A stretch of DNA of 64,000 nucleotides from the human T2T-CHM13v2.0 reference genome, Homo sapiens. Below the pieces are notes generated by a model. The model made no database searches, was not told the origin of the DNA, and saw only the letters and a program-made list of their open reading frames with translations. The translations under genes and the position numbers were made by a program. Numbering within the stretch: the first letter of the stretch is position 1; each line of letters opens with the position of its first letter. Positions 11,661 to 24,770 of this stretch are shown here, one piece after another. The stretch lies in assembly GCA_009914755.4 (NCBI GenBank), contig CP068257.2, positions 17,312,001 to 17,376,000 of the forward strand, read 5' to 3'.

Positions 11661-12236
11661 AACATGTGTGAGCACTTTCTATTTATCAAGCACTCGGAAG
11701 TGAGTTAAAGAATGAGTATTTGAGCAATTTTTTCCCTATAAAAAGCTGGACATTTTCATAGGGAAAAAATTATAATCTAGATGTTTCTAAGATATCAGTG
11801 GATGCTAACATATTTAAGAAACTAACTCAGTGGAGAAAACCGTTTTCTCAGAACCTTTTTCAAAAGGTGTACAGTGCACAGATAATTTTATGAGCGCTTG
11901 ATAAGTATGAAAGCTAAAGTATGTCATCTGTAACCTTGCTTTTTCTCTCCTACACAGCCTTCACCCTACTCTCTAATTAACTATCAGGCCAATGTTTAAA
12001 GAACAATAATTCTCAGAGACACCAAAATATTAGATAGCAAAGCAGGCCAATGGATTTTAATTGTTCCCTTGTTATTATATGAAATGCTTTAAAATACATT
12101 ATTTTATGTAATACTTACGAAACCCTTAGAGTTAGTATTCCATTGTTGCATATGGGCATAGCTAAGCTGGTCTATAATTAGTGATACTGTACTGTATACT
12201 TACAAGTTGTTAAAGTGGTAGATATCAAATGGTCTC

Positions 12237-12237
12237 A

Positions 12238-12277
<40 letters not shown>
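12237..12277. repeat. (CA)n microsatellite, about 20 units
   Basis: Uninterrupted cacacaca run. Translates as CVCVCV in the spurious minus ORF 12235..12657. Confidence 0.95.
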
Positions 12278-12278
<1 letters not shown>

Positions 12279-12280
<2 letters not shown>

Positions 12281-12967
12281 TGGTAACTCCATGAGGTGAA
12301 GGAAATGTTAACTAGCTTGATCATTGTATTAGTCAGGGGTCTCTGAAGGGACAGGACTAATAGGATAGGTTTATATATGAAAGGGAGTTTATTAGAGTAT
12401 TGAGTCTCACAATCACAAGCTGAAGTCCCACAATAGGCCATCTGGAAGCTGAGGAGCAAGGAAGCAAGTCCAAGTCCCAAAACCTGAAAAGTAGGAAAAC
12501 TGAAAGTGCAGCCTTCAGTCTGTGGCTGAAAGACCCAGAGCTTCTGGCAAATCACTGGTGTTAGTGCAGGAGGGCAAAGCCTAAAGAACTTGAAAGTCTG
12601 ATGTTCGAGGTCAGGAACCATTTGGCATGGGAGAAAGATGAAGGCTGGAAGGCTCATCCAGTCTAGTCGTTCTGCGTTCTTCTGCCTGCTTTAATCTAGC
12701 CATGGTGGCAGCTGATTAGATGGTACCCACCCACATTAGGGCTGGGTCTGCCTCTTCCAGTCCACTGACTCAAATGTTAATCTCTTTTGGCAACACCCTC
12801 ACAGACACACCCAGCAACAATAGTTTGCATCCTTCAATCCAACCAAGTTGACACTCAATATTAAGCATCACAATCGTGGTATCATTTTATAATATATACG
12901 AATATCAAAACACATTGTATACCTCAAATATATATATATAGTCAGTTATACCTCAAAAAAGCTGGAG
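12279..12967 (+). mobile_element. L1M (L1MB-like) 3' end, interrupted by a nested LTR
   Basis: aactccatgaggtgaaggaaatgttaactagcttgatcattgta before the LTR and atcgtggtatcattttataatatatacgaatatcaaaacacattgtatacctcaaatatatatatatagtcagttatacctcaaaaaagctggag after it match the L1MB 3' end (ccatgaggtgatggatatgttaattagcttgattgtggtaatcatttcacaatgtatacatatatcaaa...ttatacctcaataaagctgg). Confidence 0.55.
12328..12851 (-). mobile_element. ERVL-MaLR solitary LTR (THE1/MST/MLT1-like), antisense, nested in the L1M 3' end
   Basis: Begins tgtattagtcaggggtctctgaagggacagga...ggtttatatatgaaagggagtttattagagtattgagtctcacaatcacaagctgaagtcccacaataggccatctgg and ends ...cccacattagggctgggtctgcctcttccagtccactgactcaaatgttaatctcttttggcaacaccctcacagacacacccagcaacaatagtttgcatccttcaatccaaccaagttgacactcaatattaagcatcaca. 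This parallels the reverse complement of the THE1/MST consensus (aattgtattagtccgttctcacac...ggtttaatggactcacagttccacatggctgg...). Confidence 0.6.
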
Positions 12968-14084
12968 AAATAGAATAAAAATGATGAAGGCATGTTTTCA
13001 GGATCACTAAGTTCAGAGTTGCAAGACAACTTTTCCCTTCTTATACTTGATGCTTCTGAAGAGTTATTCAAGACTTACTGACTATTATTTGTGAACTTAG
13101 TGCAACCCGTACATGTAACATATTCTTGCTTATCTTGTTACAAGTCTTATTGTTTTTCAATAAAGCTATTATTTCTGGATTTAGTCAGGATTTCTCCTTC
13201 ATGACTCATCTACCTTCTTTCCTTCTGGACAATTTCATATAATAAAAAATCAGATATTTTCATTGTGCAATAAGGTACATTTTGCTTTATACATAAATGG
13301 AATATTATATTTATACCTCATTAAATGGTAGACCATTGTTGTATTTTAATAAATGGAGATTGGTAAGAAAATTATCCAGAACTACCAAATTATAAGAGTT
13401 TATGCACCTGAGAAAACTCAGGCAAATGTCTAAAGTTAGCTTCTATAAAACAGCACTGGAGTTGTTTGAAACTTAGTAAATATCATTCAGAATTCTGAAA
13501 TGAAAGAAATAATTGGCAATTTCTGTCAAGTACACAAGTTTCTCCCTTGAATGAAATTATCTGTTTACAGAACCACTCTAATCAGGAAGAGGCCATTCTG
13601 GGTTACAAGACAGATGCAGTAAAGAAATAAATGCCCCCTTGGTGAAATGAAGAAGTTATGGCATTTCTTCATTACTAGACCAGAACAACAAAGCCAAAGG
13701 CAGTAAGAGAATAAAATTGATTACAGACTGTATTCCCCGTGTGGAATAAGGGATTGGATAGCTGTTCATTTTATTTTGCCACTATAACTAAAACTCTTCT
13801 AACTTATATTTTCACTTATATTTCAGTCCTAAGATTTTTTTTTTCCTTTCAATATTGTAGGCCTTTCTAGATACATCTGCAGGAAAAAAAAATTGACCTT
13901 GAAACTAAATCATTGTCCTAGGATTTGGACATTGGTGGAAAAATGGTGGAGTCTTGGATGTGTAAGTGAAGTCTTCTGGGAATGTTATAAAGAAAGGTAG
14001 AGCTAGCCAAGTTTCTCTTAGTTCAATAATAATGCAGAAATCAAGAATCTGTGGATGTCTTCTAATATCTATTCTTTGACTCAG

Positions 14085-14372
14085 TTTTTCTTTAGACTGA
14101 GTCTCGCTCTGTTGCCCAGGCTGGAGTGCAGTGGCACAATCTTGGCTCACTGCAGCGTCCCCCTCCTGGGTTCAAGCGGTTCTCCTGCCTCAGTCTTCTG
14201 AGTAGCTGAAATTACAGGCGCACGCCACCACGCCCAGCTAATTTTTGTATTTTTAGTAGAGACGGGGTTTCACCATGTTGGCCAGGCTGGTCTTGAACTC
14301 CTGACCTAGTGATCCGCCCGCCTCGGCCTCCCAAAGTGCTGGGATTACAGGCGTGAGCCACGGTTCCCGGCC
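14085..14372 (-). mobile_element. Alu (AluS-like), full length, antisense, with target-site duplication
   Basis: tttttctttagactgagtctcgctctgttgcccaggctggagtgcagtggcacaatcttggctcactgcag...gcctcccaaagtgctgggattacaggcgtgagccacggttcccggcc. The 15-bp direct repeat ctaatatctattctt flanks it at 14062-14076 and 14373-14387. Confidence 0.95.
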
Positions 14373-14975
14373 CTAATATCTATTCTTAAAGAGTTCTTTG
14401 AACGAAACTGATTTAAGAGATTGCCAGTACAAGGTATCCCCTAGGAGATGGTAGAGGACTTTGTATCACACTATGCGGAGAAAAGGTATTGTCCTTTGTG
14501 TCAACAGAGAATACAGCAAATATACCCGTACATTAGATTACTAAAAACAGCGCTGGGATGTTTGCAGTCCCACTGCTTCCTCATGGCTTCAGAGAACATC
14601 AGTGGGAGATGGGGCCAATGACTGCAGCCATGGACAGGACACTTGGAAACAGAGGGAAAAAGCAAGAATATGAGGATTCCAAAGAGATACTTAATGCCTT
14701 TCCCGCTCAAGTTTTCCACAAATAACTTTGAGAATTCCGGCGTAATCTCTTTTCATAAATAAAGATGTAACTTTTAAAGGGGTACTTGGAATAGATGGAT
14801 TCAGAGCCCAATTTTATTATCTATATTGTCATTTCATATCTGTATCTATGGATCTCTGTATTTGTATATATCTATACTCCAATGAGAAAATGTGGAAATC
14901 ATCTAAACTCATCTGTTCATTTAACACCATAACATTTTAAACACAATTTTAAATGCTGTGAAATAATCTCATTTA

Positions 14976-15298
<323 letters not shown>

Positions 15299-16289
15299 CT
15301 AATAGTGCCCACATGGCTCAAAAAGAGAAAATAGTATAATTGACAATATAATTGAATTACAGAAAAAAAATTTAAAATATTGCCAATAGCAAGAAAGCTT
15401 ATGTAATACAGCAGCCCTTTCAAATAAAACACTAAATATCACAGAGATAAACAAAATCTACTTAGATATAATGAACATAATTTTCCAAAAGATGGAGCAA
15501 ATATCTTAAATTGTAAAAAATATTTAAGGAATGAGAGATGGATAGTCAGCATTATTATGCAATACTGACACGAGTTTCTAATAAATAGAATGAGAAAAAA
15601 TTGGAATAAGGGTATAGTTAGTATTGAAAGATAAAAAATAACTTTTGTTTCTAATAATACAATTATATATCTGGAAAATCTAAGAAACTGTAGAATTGTA
15701 GATGTATCAATAAGACATATGATAATAAAAACCAGTATAAAGCGACTGATTTATAATTATTATAATCACATTTTTCAAAGATCTATAGCTTTACTGTAAC
15801 AATAAGATTTTCTAAGTGATACAGCTAACCCCTTGACAATAAAAAGGCAAAATCTGCAATTTGTAAGAATAGATGTTTACAAATCTACGATTTGTCAGAA
15901 TAAATAAAATTCATATTTTTTTCAAGGAAGAGAACCATAAAATCTTATTTAAAGAACTAACAACTAAACAAATAGAGCGTCCTAACATGAAATTAAAATA
16001 TTAACAGGGCTTTTTCTGGAAGTGAATAAAATTGATTTTAATTGTATTTTAAAAAGCAATTACTATATGCTGTTTAGTTTGGACTTTTGTGTCTCTGTCT
16101 ATGAGTGAAGTCAGCCTGTACTTTTTCTTCCCTAAATCATCCTATAATGCCATTTACAATTATGAATCAGTAAAAATTTAATTTTTTAGAGAAATAATCA
16201 ATTTCATGGTTTTTACTCACATATATTTTAAAAGAACATTTACTTACTTTATAAATTATACTTTCTTCTAATTATGACCCTGTTTTTGT

Positions 16290-16520
16290 TTTGTTTTGTC
16301 TTTCAGGTATTTTTGTTGTTTTTATTTTGTTTCATTTGTTTTGTTTTTTGGAAGGAGGAAGGTAATAGGTAAACCAGTGTTTGATTTAGTACTTGTTTCA
16401 AATCTCCATTTTCTGTTTCAATTATTTCTGGTCTTTGTTTTATTATTTAATTTTTTCTATTTTTCTTCTGCTTATTTTGGTGTTCTAATTTTGAAGTTAT
16501 GTTTAGTTTCTTACTATTAG
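16290..16520. repeat. T-rich (GTTTT)n-like low-complexity region
   Basis: ctgtttttgttttgttttgtctttcaggtatttttgttgtttttattttgtttcatttgttttgttttttgg. Source of ORF 16296..16520. Confidence 0.5.
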
Positions 16521-17649
16521 ACTTCATTCAAATATTTATGAAAATGTCGCATATGTTTTAAAATGTAGCATTACATATATTTACATTTAATTTATATTTA
16601 GCTCCTAGCACATATCCAGAAACATATTAGTAGTTAAATGGCTACCTGTGAATATATGACCAAGACCTTGGGAATGTAATAGAAGTGGATTTAGGTTGTA
16701 AAAATTGTGTAGGTTTTATAGGTGAAACTGCAGGAATACCATTTCATGAATAAGGCAACTTTAGCATGCATTCTACTGCATTACTTTGAAACTGCTGACA
16801 TTAAATCAATATTTAAAAGTTAGTAGTGTTTGACAGTTATTTAGAAAAAAAGTTTTAATTATTTTGCTATATAACCAAACATCCAGATGAATATCCCAAA
16901 AAAGCTAAAAAAATTGCTGTTGTCAAAAAGTAATCAAAACATATCAAATAAATTAATTCCTTAGTTTCAGAATGGAAATTAACATGAAAACTACCTTGTA
17001 AAGGTGATAAAATCTGTTTTCTGACAACATATTCAAGCACATGTTCGATGTGTTACTTACCAGTCAGGGCTAAAAATAACAGAAGCTGGAGAAAATAAAT
17101 CCAAAAACATGTCTATCAAATAGAAGCTTTCATATCAAGATTGGATCAGCAAGCATTCATTTCTTTAAGAAATTAGTTGCACTAACCCATTCTTCACACC
17201 TGAGTCATTTATTAAATAACTCTATAACTAAAACACCTTGGCATCCACAATTTATTATTTTACTATTTTAAACAATATTTTATTTTTTATAAACAATATA
17301 TTTTGGTGTATACTTTTCTTAGATAGGTATTTATTTTTAAATTCTATGCATGATATCTAGAAAATTGTTAACTCTCATTTTTTTAATTTTTACATTTAAC
17401 ACCATTTACAAAGACTTTTCATGTAAGAAGATTTAACTTAAGCCATGGTTTTTGTTTTATTTTAAAATAATTGACCTTCATGTACACTACTGTTGATTAT
17501 ATTCTAGTTAATATCAGGAAACACTGACAAGTTAAAGATACCTGCATGATGTTTACCTGATGCATGGTTTGAAATACAAAACAAATGTTCCCTAGAATGC
17601 TGAAAAGGAGACTAGAATATTCTGCAGATTACAACTTGAAGAATTAATA

Positions 17650-17950
17650 GGCCGGGCGCAGTGGCTCACGCCTGTAATCCCAGCACTTTGGGAGGCCGAG
17701 GCGGGCAGATCACGAGGTCAAAAGATCGAGACCATCCTGGCCAACACGGTGAAACTCCGTCTCTACTAAAAATACAAAAAATTAGCTGGGCGTGGTGGTG
17801 GGCACCTGTAGTCCCAGCTACTCAGGAGGCTGAGGCAGGAGAATGGCGTGAAACTGGGAGGCGGAGCGTGCAGTGAGCCGAGATAGCACCACTGCAGTCT
17901 GGCCTGGGGTGAAAGAGCCAGACTCCATCTCAAAAAAAAAAAAAAAAAAA
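17650..17950 (+). mobile_element. Alu (AluS/Y-like), full length, sense
   Basis: ggccgggcgcagtggctcacgcctgtaatcccagcactttgggaggccgaggcgggcagatcacgaggtcaaaagatcgagaccatcctggccaacacggtgaaactccgtctctactaaaaatacaaaaaattagctgggcgtggtggtgggcacctgtagtcccagctactcaggaggctgaggcaggagaatggcgtgaaactgggaggcggagcgtgcagtgagccgagatagcaccactgcagtctggcctggggtgaaagagccagactccatctc followed by a 28-nt poly-A. Confidence 0.95.
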
Positions 17951-19439
17951 GAATTATAATTAAAAATTAGAGATGGTAGAGCAACAGAGCTAGATAGTTA
18001 AACCAGAAATGAATTTAAGCCAATTAGATGTTGTGATGCACACAATTGTTACAATGCCAGAAGAAACAGCCTCCAAAATAAGCTTTCAGAATTCCCAGAA
18101 CACAAAACTCACAGACCCAGTCTGCCATGAAATCTTCTGCATCTGCCATGGCCAGGAAAAGCTGCAATCACAACTGTGGCCTCACAGACCACCTTAGTAT
18201 TCACATCAGCAAAACAGATGCAGAAACCCTAGCACTTAACACCTTTGAAGATAAAATCTAGCCTTGAAGGTAAAATTTAATGAGACCTAAGTTAAAGCTC
18301 ACGCTGACAAACACAAATGTCACCAGCATCATTGATTTCAAGAGAAAAAGCAGAAGCAGCCTGCATCAACTATGCTCATTTTCCCCTTTCAATTCTCAGG
18401 CATAAATATATGCTTAGCAGAAGTTATGTCACAGGAAAGTTTTGAGAGACTCTGGAAAATATATCTAGCTTTCTAAATGAAATTGCACTAGAGCATACTA
18501 AAGGAGCTTTGGAGACAGTGGGGTAACATGATCTTTATTCCCACAGTACTTTGCAACCATTGGCCAATTGGAGTCCCCCCTCCCCACACACAATTTTCTT
18601 CTAAATTTTCAACTATAAATGAACGGTAGCCATATTCTCCAACCTAAGATAATATGACCATACTTAATATGATAAGACTGCTTACTTCCTTCTCTAAATA
18701 ATCATTAGTCATTGAAACCAGTTTGACAAGTGTTTATTTCTCCTCTATCTCAGTCTAACTATCTTGTAATCAAAGAATGGAATATTAAGTTACATATTGT
18801 ACTACCAACATGCCTCTTATAAAATTACAGAGGAAAAAATTTACACACACATACACACACACAGAGAGAGACAACATGTTATTAAAAGAGTATGGGTTAA
18901 TTCTATAGCTTTCATTTATTGACCTTGTCATGAAACTAACTGTATTTGGTATATGTAATTTTTTAATTGTTCATTGTATGTTTTCTTGTCCTTCACCAAT
19001 CCCTTAGCTTGTCATGGTGCTTTTACTGATGATGTAACCTGAAAAATTTTCAAAGAATTAGAATCCTTTCAGGTCTTCCCTGCATGAGGTTCATATAATC
19101 AGCTACTATATTTTATCCCTGGACATACTTACACTGTACTAGGAAGCTCCTAATGAATTTCCTGTGTTTCAGATATATTTCTATACCAACATTGTATAAT
19201 ACCAACCATATTTTTCATTGGAAATCAGGGGATCCTACAAATGTGTCTTTACCAGTAAATTGCCTTTGCCATTACCCAAAGATGGCTACATGTCTCTCAA
19301 AACTATTGACTCATAACTGTAGCCATAGCAGCTGAGGAACAATCCATATCCATAAAATATATGCATGATGTTATGCTTTTTGGTACTCACAAAACTAGGG
19401 ACTAGACATTAAATCTCTTTCACATCTGTCACAGTTAAA

Positions 19440-19740
19440 TAAAACCACATAAAGAAGTAGTGGAAGTGGGGAAGGGAGAAGGAAGAGACTTTGGTCAAAG
19501 GATACCCAATTTCAGTTAGATAAAAGGATATAAGTTCAAGAGTTCTCTTATATAACATAGTATGTGTAGTTAATAGCAAACACCATATTCTTACAAATTG
19601 CTAAGAAAATAGATTTTAAGTGCTCTCACTACAAAAAAATCGTAAGTATGTCAGGTTATGTATGTTAATTAGCTCAATTCACCAATTTTGCAGTATATCT
19701 ATATATATATATAAAACAACATGTTTTCAATTTTTTTATT
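19440..19740 (+). mobile_element. possible L1M 3'-end fragment
   Basis: atgtcaggttatgtatgttaattagctcaattcaccaattttgcagtatatctatatatatatataaaac resembles the L1MB 3' terminus (atgttaattagcttgattgtggtaatcatttcacaatgtatacatatat). Immediately abuts the next L1. Confidence 0.35.
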
Positions 19741-19744
19741 TGTT

Positions 19745-22700
19745 GAACTTATAGAAAACAACAGCAGCCCAATGGAAGACCAGTCTGACTGTTAAAAGAA
19801 AAACAAACAAATAGAAAACAGCAACAACAACAAAAAGGACCCCACAAAAACCCCATTCAGAGGTCAGCAACCTCAAAGAATGAAGGCAGATAAGCCCACA
19901 AAGATGAGAAAGGATCAATGCAACAATGCAGAAAACTCATAAGGCAATGATGCAGAAAACTCAAAAAGCAGCAATGTAGAAAACTCGAAGAGCTCCCCCA
20001 AATGACTGCAACACCTCTCCAGCAAGGGCATAAAACCAAGCTGAGGCTGAAATGGCTGAATTGACAAAAGTAGGCTCCATAATATGAGTAATAATGAACT
20101 TTGCTGAGCTAAAGGAACATGTTGTAACCCAATGAAAAGAAGCTAAAAATCATGATAAACAATAGGGGAACTGATAGCCAAAATAGCCAGTTTAGAGAGA
20201 AACCCAGCTGAGCTATTAGAGCTGAAAAAACACAACAAAAGAACTTCACAATGCAATCACAAGTATCAATAGCAGAATAAACCAAGTGGAAGAAAGAAAC
20301 TGAGTTTGAAGACTATCTTTCTGAAATAAGACTGGCAGACAAAAATAGAGAAAAAAGAATGAAAAGGAATGAACAAAACTTCCAAGAAATATGGGACTAT
20401 GTAAAGAGACCAAACCTACGACTGATTGGGGTACCTGAAAGAGATGGGGAGAATGGAACCAATTGGAAAATATACTTCAGGATACCATCCAGGAGAACTT
20501 CCCCAACCTAGCAAGACTGGCCAACATTCAAATTCAGAAACTGCTGAGAACCCCCAGTAAGATACTCCACAAAAACATCAACCCCAAGACACACAATTAT
20601 TAGATTCTCCAAAGTCAAAATGACAGAAAAAACAAAAACAAAAAAAACATTAAGGGCAGCCAGAGAGAAAGACCAGGTCACCTACAAAGGGAAGCCCATC
20701 AGACTCACAGCAGACCTCTCAGCAGAAACCCTGCAAGCCAGAAAAGATTGGGGGCCAATATTCGACATTCTTAAAGAAAAGAATTTCCAATCCAGAATTT
20801 CATATCCAGCCAAACCGAGCTTCATAAGCAAGAGAGAAATAATATCCTTTTCAGACAAGCAAATCCTGAGGGAATTCATCACCACCAGGCCTGCCTTGCA
20901 AGAGCTCTGAAGGAAGGACTAAATATGGAAAGGATAAACCATTACGAGCCACTAAAAAAGCACACTGAAGTACACAGATCAGTGAAACTATGAAGCATCC
21001 ATATAACCAGCTAGCATCATGATGACAGGATCAAATCACACAGATCAACATTACCCTTAAATGTAAGTGGGTAAATGCCCCAATTAAAAGACACAAATGG
21101 CAAGCTGGATAAAGAGTCAAGATCCATTGGTGTGCTGTCTTTAGGAGACCCATCTCACATGCAAAGACACACATAGGCTCAAAATGGAGGGATAGCGAAA
21201 ATTTACCAAGCAAATAGAAAACAGAAGAAAAGCAGGGTTTGCAATCCTAGTTTCTGACAATCAGACTTTAAAGACAAAGCCCACATGATTGTCTCAATAG
21301 ATGCAGAAAAAGCCTTGGAGAAAATTCAACATCCCTTCATGTTAAAAACTCTCAATAAACTAGGTATTAAAGATACATAACTTAAAATAATAAGAGCCAT
21401 ATATGACAAACCCACAGGCAATATCATACTGAATGGCAAAAGCTGGAAGCATTTCCCTTGAAAAGCAGCACAAGACAAGGATGACTTCTCCCACCACTCT
21501 TATTCAACATAGAATTGGAAATTCTGGATGGGGTAATCAGGCAAAAGAAAGAAATAAAGCGTATTCAGATAGAAAGAGAGGAAGTCAAATTATCTTTGTT
21601 TGCAGACAACATGATCCTATATCTAGAAAATTTCAAAGTCTCAGCCCTAAAGCTTCTTCAACTGATAAGCAGCTTTAGCAAAGTCTCAGGTTAGAAAATC
21701 AATGTGCAAAAAACAAATCATGAATGAACTCCCATTCACAATTGTTGCAAAAAGAATAAATACCTACAAATACAGCTAACAACAAAAGTGAAGGACCTCT
21801 TCAATGAGATCTACAAACCACTGCTTAAAGAAATCAGAGAAAATAGAAACAAATGAGAAACATTACATGCTCATGGATAGGAAGAATAAATATTGTGAAC
21901 ATGGCCATACAGTCCAAAGCAATTTATAGATTCAATGCTATTCTCATTAAGTTGCCATTGACATTCTTCACAGAATTAGAAAGAGTATTTTAAAATTCAT
22001 GTGGAATCAAAAAAGAGCCCACATAGCAAAGAAAATCCTAAGCAAAAAGAACAAAGCTAGAGGCATCATGCTGCCCAACTTCAAACAGTACTACAAGGCT
22101 GCAGTAACCAAAACAGCATGATACTGGTACAAAAACAGACATATAAACCAATGGAACACTATAGAGAATTCAGAAATAAGGCTGCACACCTAAAACCATC
22201 TGATCTTTGACAGACCTGGCCAAAACAAGCTATGGGGAATGGATTCCCTATTTAATAAATGATGTTGGGACAACTGGTTAGTCATATGCAGAAAATTGAA
22301 ATTGGACCCCTTCATAGCATAGACAAAAATTAACTCAAGATGGATTAAAGACTTAAATGTAATACCTAAAACTAGGAAAACCCTAGAAGAAAATCTGGGC
22401 AATACCATTCAGGACATAGGCATGGGCAAAAATTTCATTATGAAAATGTAAAAGCAATTGCAGCGAAAGCAAAAATAGATAAATGAGATCTAATGAAACT
22501 AAAGAACTTCTGCACAGCATAAGAAACTATCATCAGAGTGAATGACATCCTGCAGAGTGGGAGAAAATTTTTTGCAATCTATCCATCTGACAAAGATCTA
22601 ATATCCAGAGTCTACAAGGAACTTAAGCAAATTTAAAGAAAAAAAACTCATTAAAAAGTGGGCAAAGGACATGAACAGACACTTCTCAAAAGAAGACATA

Positions 22701-23500
22701 CATGTGGCTAATGAACATATATAAAAAGCTTAACATCACTGATCATTAGAGAAATGCAAATCAAAACCACAGTGAGGTACCATCTCACACCAGTCCGAAT
22801 GGTGAGTATTAAAAAGTCAAGAAACAACAGATGCAGGTGAGGCTGTGGAGAAATAGGAACACTTTTACACTGTTGGTGGGAATATAAATTAGTGCAACCG
22901 TTGTGTTAGACAGTGTGGCAATTCCTCCTAGACCTAGAACAGAAATATCATTTGATGCAGTAATGCCATAACTGGGTGTATACCCAAAGGAACATAAAGT
23001 GTAGTATTATATTATATTTATATTATAAAGATGCATGCACATGTATACTTATTGCAGCACTATTCACAATACAAAAGATACAGAATCAACCTAAGTGCCC
23101 AAAGTGCGGTATAAATACACCATGGAACATAATGCAGCCATTAAAAGGAATAAGATCATGTCCTTTGCGGGAACATGGATGGAGTTGTAGGCCATTATCT
23201 TCAGCAAACTAATGCAGGAACAGAAAACCAAACACCGCATGTTCTCACTTATAAGTGGGAGCTGAATGATGAGAATGCTTGGACACAGAGAGGAGAACAA
23301 CACACAGTGGGTCTCGTTGAAGGGGAGGCGTGGGGGAAGGAAGAGCATCAGGGAGAATAGCTAATGGACTCTGGGCTTAATACCTAGGCGATGGGATAAT
23401 TTGTGCAGCAAACCAACATGGCACACATTTACCTATGTAACAAATCTGCACATCCTGTACATGTATCCCTGAACTTAAAATAAAATTGAAGAAAAAAGAG
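19745..23500 (+). mobile_element. LINE-1 (L1PA/L1PB-type), 5'-truncated with internal deletions; ORF1 and ORF2 remnants and a 3' end
   Basis: The ORF1 region (ccaagaaatatgggactatgtaaagagaccaaacctacgactgattggggtacctgaaagagatggggagaatggaacc) and the ORF1 C-terminus match L1. ORF2 pieces match too (atgcagaaaaagccttggagaaaattcaacatcccttcatgttaaaaactctcaataaactaggtattaa; tgcaaatcaaaaccacagtgaggtaccatctcacaccagtccgaatggtgagtattaaaaagtc). The 3' end is ...gggataatttgtgcagcaaaccaacatggcacacatttacctatgtaacaaatctgcacatcctgtacatgtatccctgaacttaaaataaaattgaagaaaaaag. Confidence 0.9.
20620..20910 (+). pseudogene. L1 ORF1p C-terminal remnant (96-aa ORF in track)
   Basis: Translation MTEKTKTKKTLRAAREKDQVTYKGKPIRLTADLSAETLQARKDWGPIFDILKEKNFQSRISYPAKPSFISKREIISFSDKQILREFITTRPALQEL matches the L1 ORF1p C-terminal domain (..MLRAAREKGRVTLKGKPIRLTADLSAETLQARREWGPIFNILKEKNFQPRISYPAKLSFISEGEIKYFTDKQMLRDFVTTRPALKELL). 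A decayed transposon ORF, not a host gene. Confidence 0.8.
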
Positions 23501-23869
23501 AAGCCTTGGAAGTAGAAGAATCATAGTCTCCAACTAAGCTTGTTTAATTAATGTCACTTTTCAAACCCCATGCATGTATGAATGTATGGTATAATATTAA
23601 AGAAACCAAGCAGTAATGAAGGCTAAGAAATGTCATTCCTAGCACTTCCTCCAGAAAATATGGAGTAGACACACCACAAAGGGTTGGAAAAAAACAAGGA
23701 ATGAGAATTAGGAGGACAAACAAAGTCTTCTATGGTGAATGAGTAAAGAAAAACAAAATTTCAAAAGTCGCTCAAATCATAAAGTTCTAAGAAGAAAAGA
23801 TGAAAACATGAGTGTAGCAGAGACTGCTAGTTTTAGCCCAATATCCATTCATTTTTGCCAGTGAAACTC

Positions 23870-24260
23870 TGTGAATTTTAGATGGACTTGTGACCACCTT
23901 TCGGGATACTGTATTTTTTGAATTGCCTCAAAGGACAATGTGACCATGTGACTGTATTTTGGTCAACAGTAGAGGGATAGAATATGTTATTGCAAAGAGG
24001 CTTTTCTTCACCTTCTCGCAGGCTGGAACATGAACACAGAGAGGTGATCCAGATTTGATCACCTGAATGAAGACAACAGCAAGGAAATGGTAGGATAATA
24101 AATAAGGAGAAATCTAGCTTTATGGACAACTTCATAAAGCTGACCCTGGAACATTGACTACCTCTGAACTTACATGAGGGAGAGAAATGTTTATCTTTTA
24201 TAAACCTATTACTTTTTTGATTTCTACATTAAAGAAACTTAGTCTATCCTAAGTAAAGCA
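23870..24260 (+). mobile_element. MaLR solitary LTR, MLT1-like, sense
   Basis: gcctcaaaggacaatgtgaccatgtgactgtattttggtcaacagtagagggatag ... gaacttacatgagggagagaaatgtttatcttttataaacc parallels MLT1 (cctggacaatgtgaccaagtgactgtattttggccaatggg ... ttacgtgagcgagaaataaacttctattgtgttaagcc). Confidence 0.45.
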
Positions 24261-24770
24261 AGAAATATTCTGTAAATCACTTTGGAGAAGAATTTCCAAA
24301 AGGAAAGGTAATCTACAATGTCAAATTCTACAAAATGTATATTAAGATAATAATCACAATATATCCATTGCACATGGCAATCAACAAATAATAACTAATA
24401 ATGTTATAAAATGAAGCCGAAATTGACTGATGTATGAAAAATTCACATGAGCAGCAATTGACGAGTGCACAGGAAGTGTGAATTCCAGATTCTCTGGGCT
24501 GATCTGTCCATTCTTGTAGGTCATTTCTAGGCATAGGAGAACTCGGTTGTGACAGGGGTCTGTTTTTTAAAAAATGGCTCAAATTACTTTTAGTTATAAT
24601 TTTATTGTCTGTTATATTAATAGCAAGATATATACTCTACATATACAACCTGTTTCTTTATTTACATAAGCTTCTTTTTAAAAATAGAAGAATAAGAGGT
24701 TATCTTCACTTTCATCACCTTGACTAGAACCATCCAAGCAGGTAATCGTACTTTCATATAAAACAGTTTT

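Noticed and set aside
12235-12657. 140-aa minus-strand ORF
   Set aside because: It starts inside the MaLR LTR and runs through the (CA)n microsatellite (translated as CVCVCVCV). It is an artefact of a repeat plus a simple sequence.
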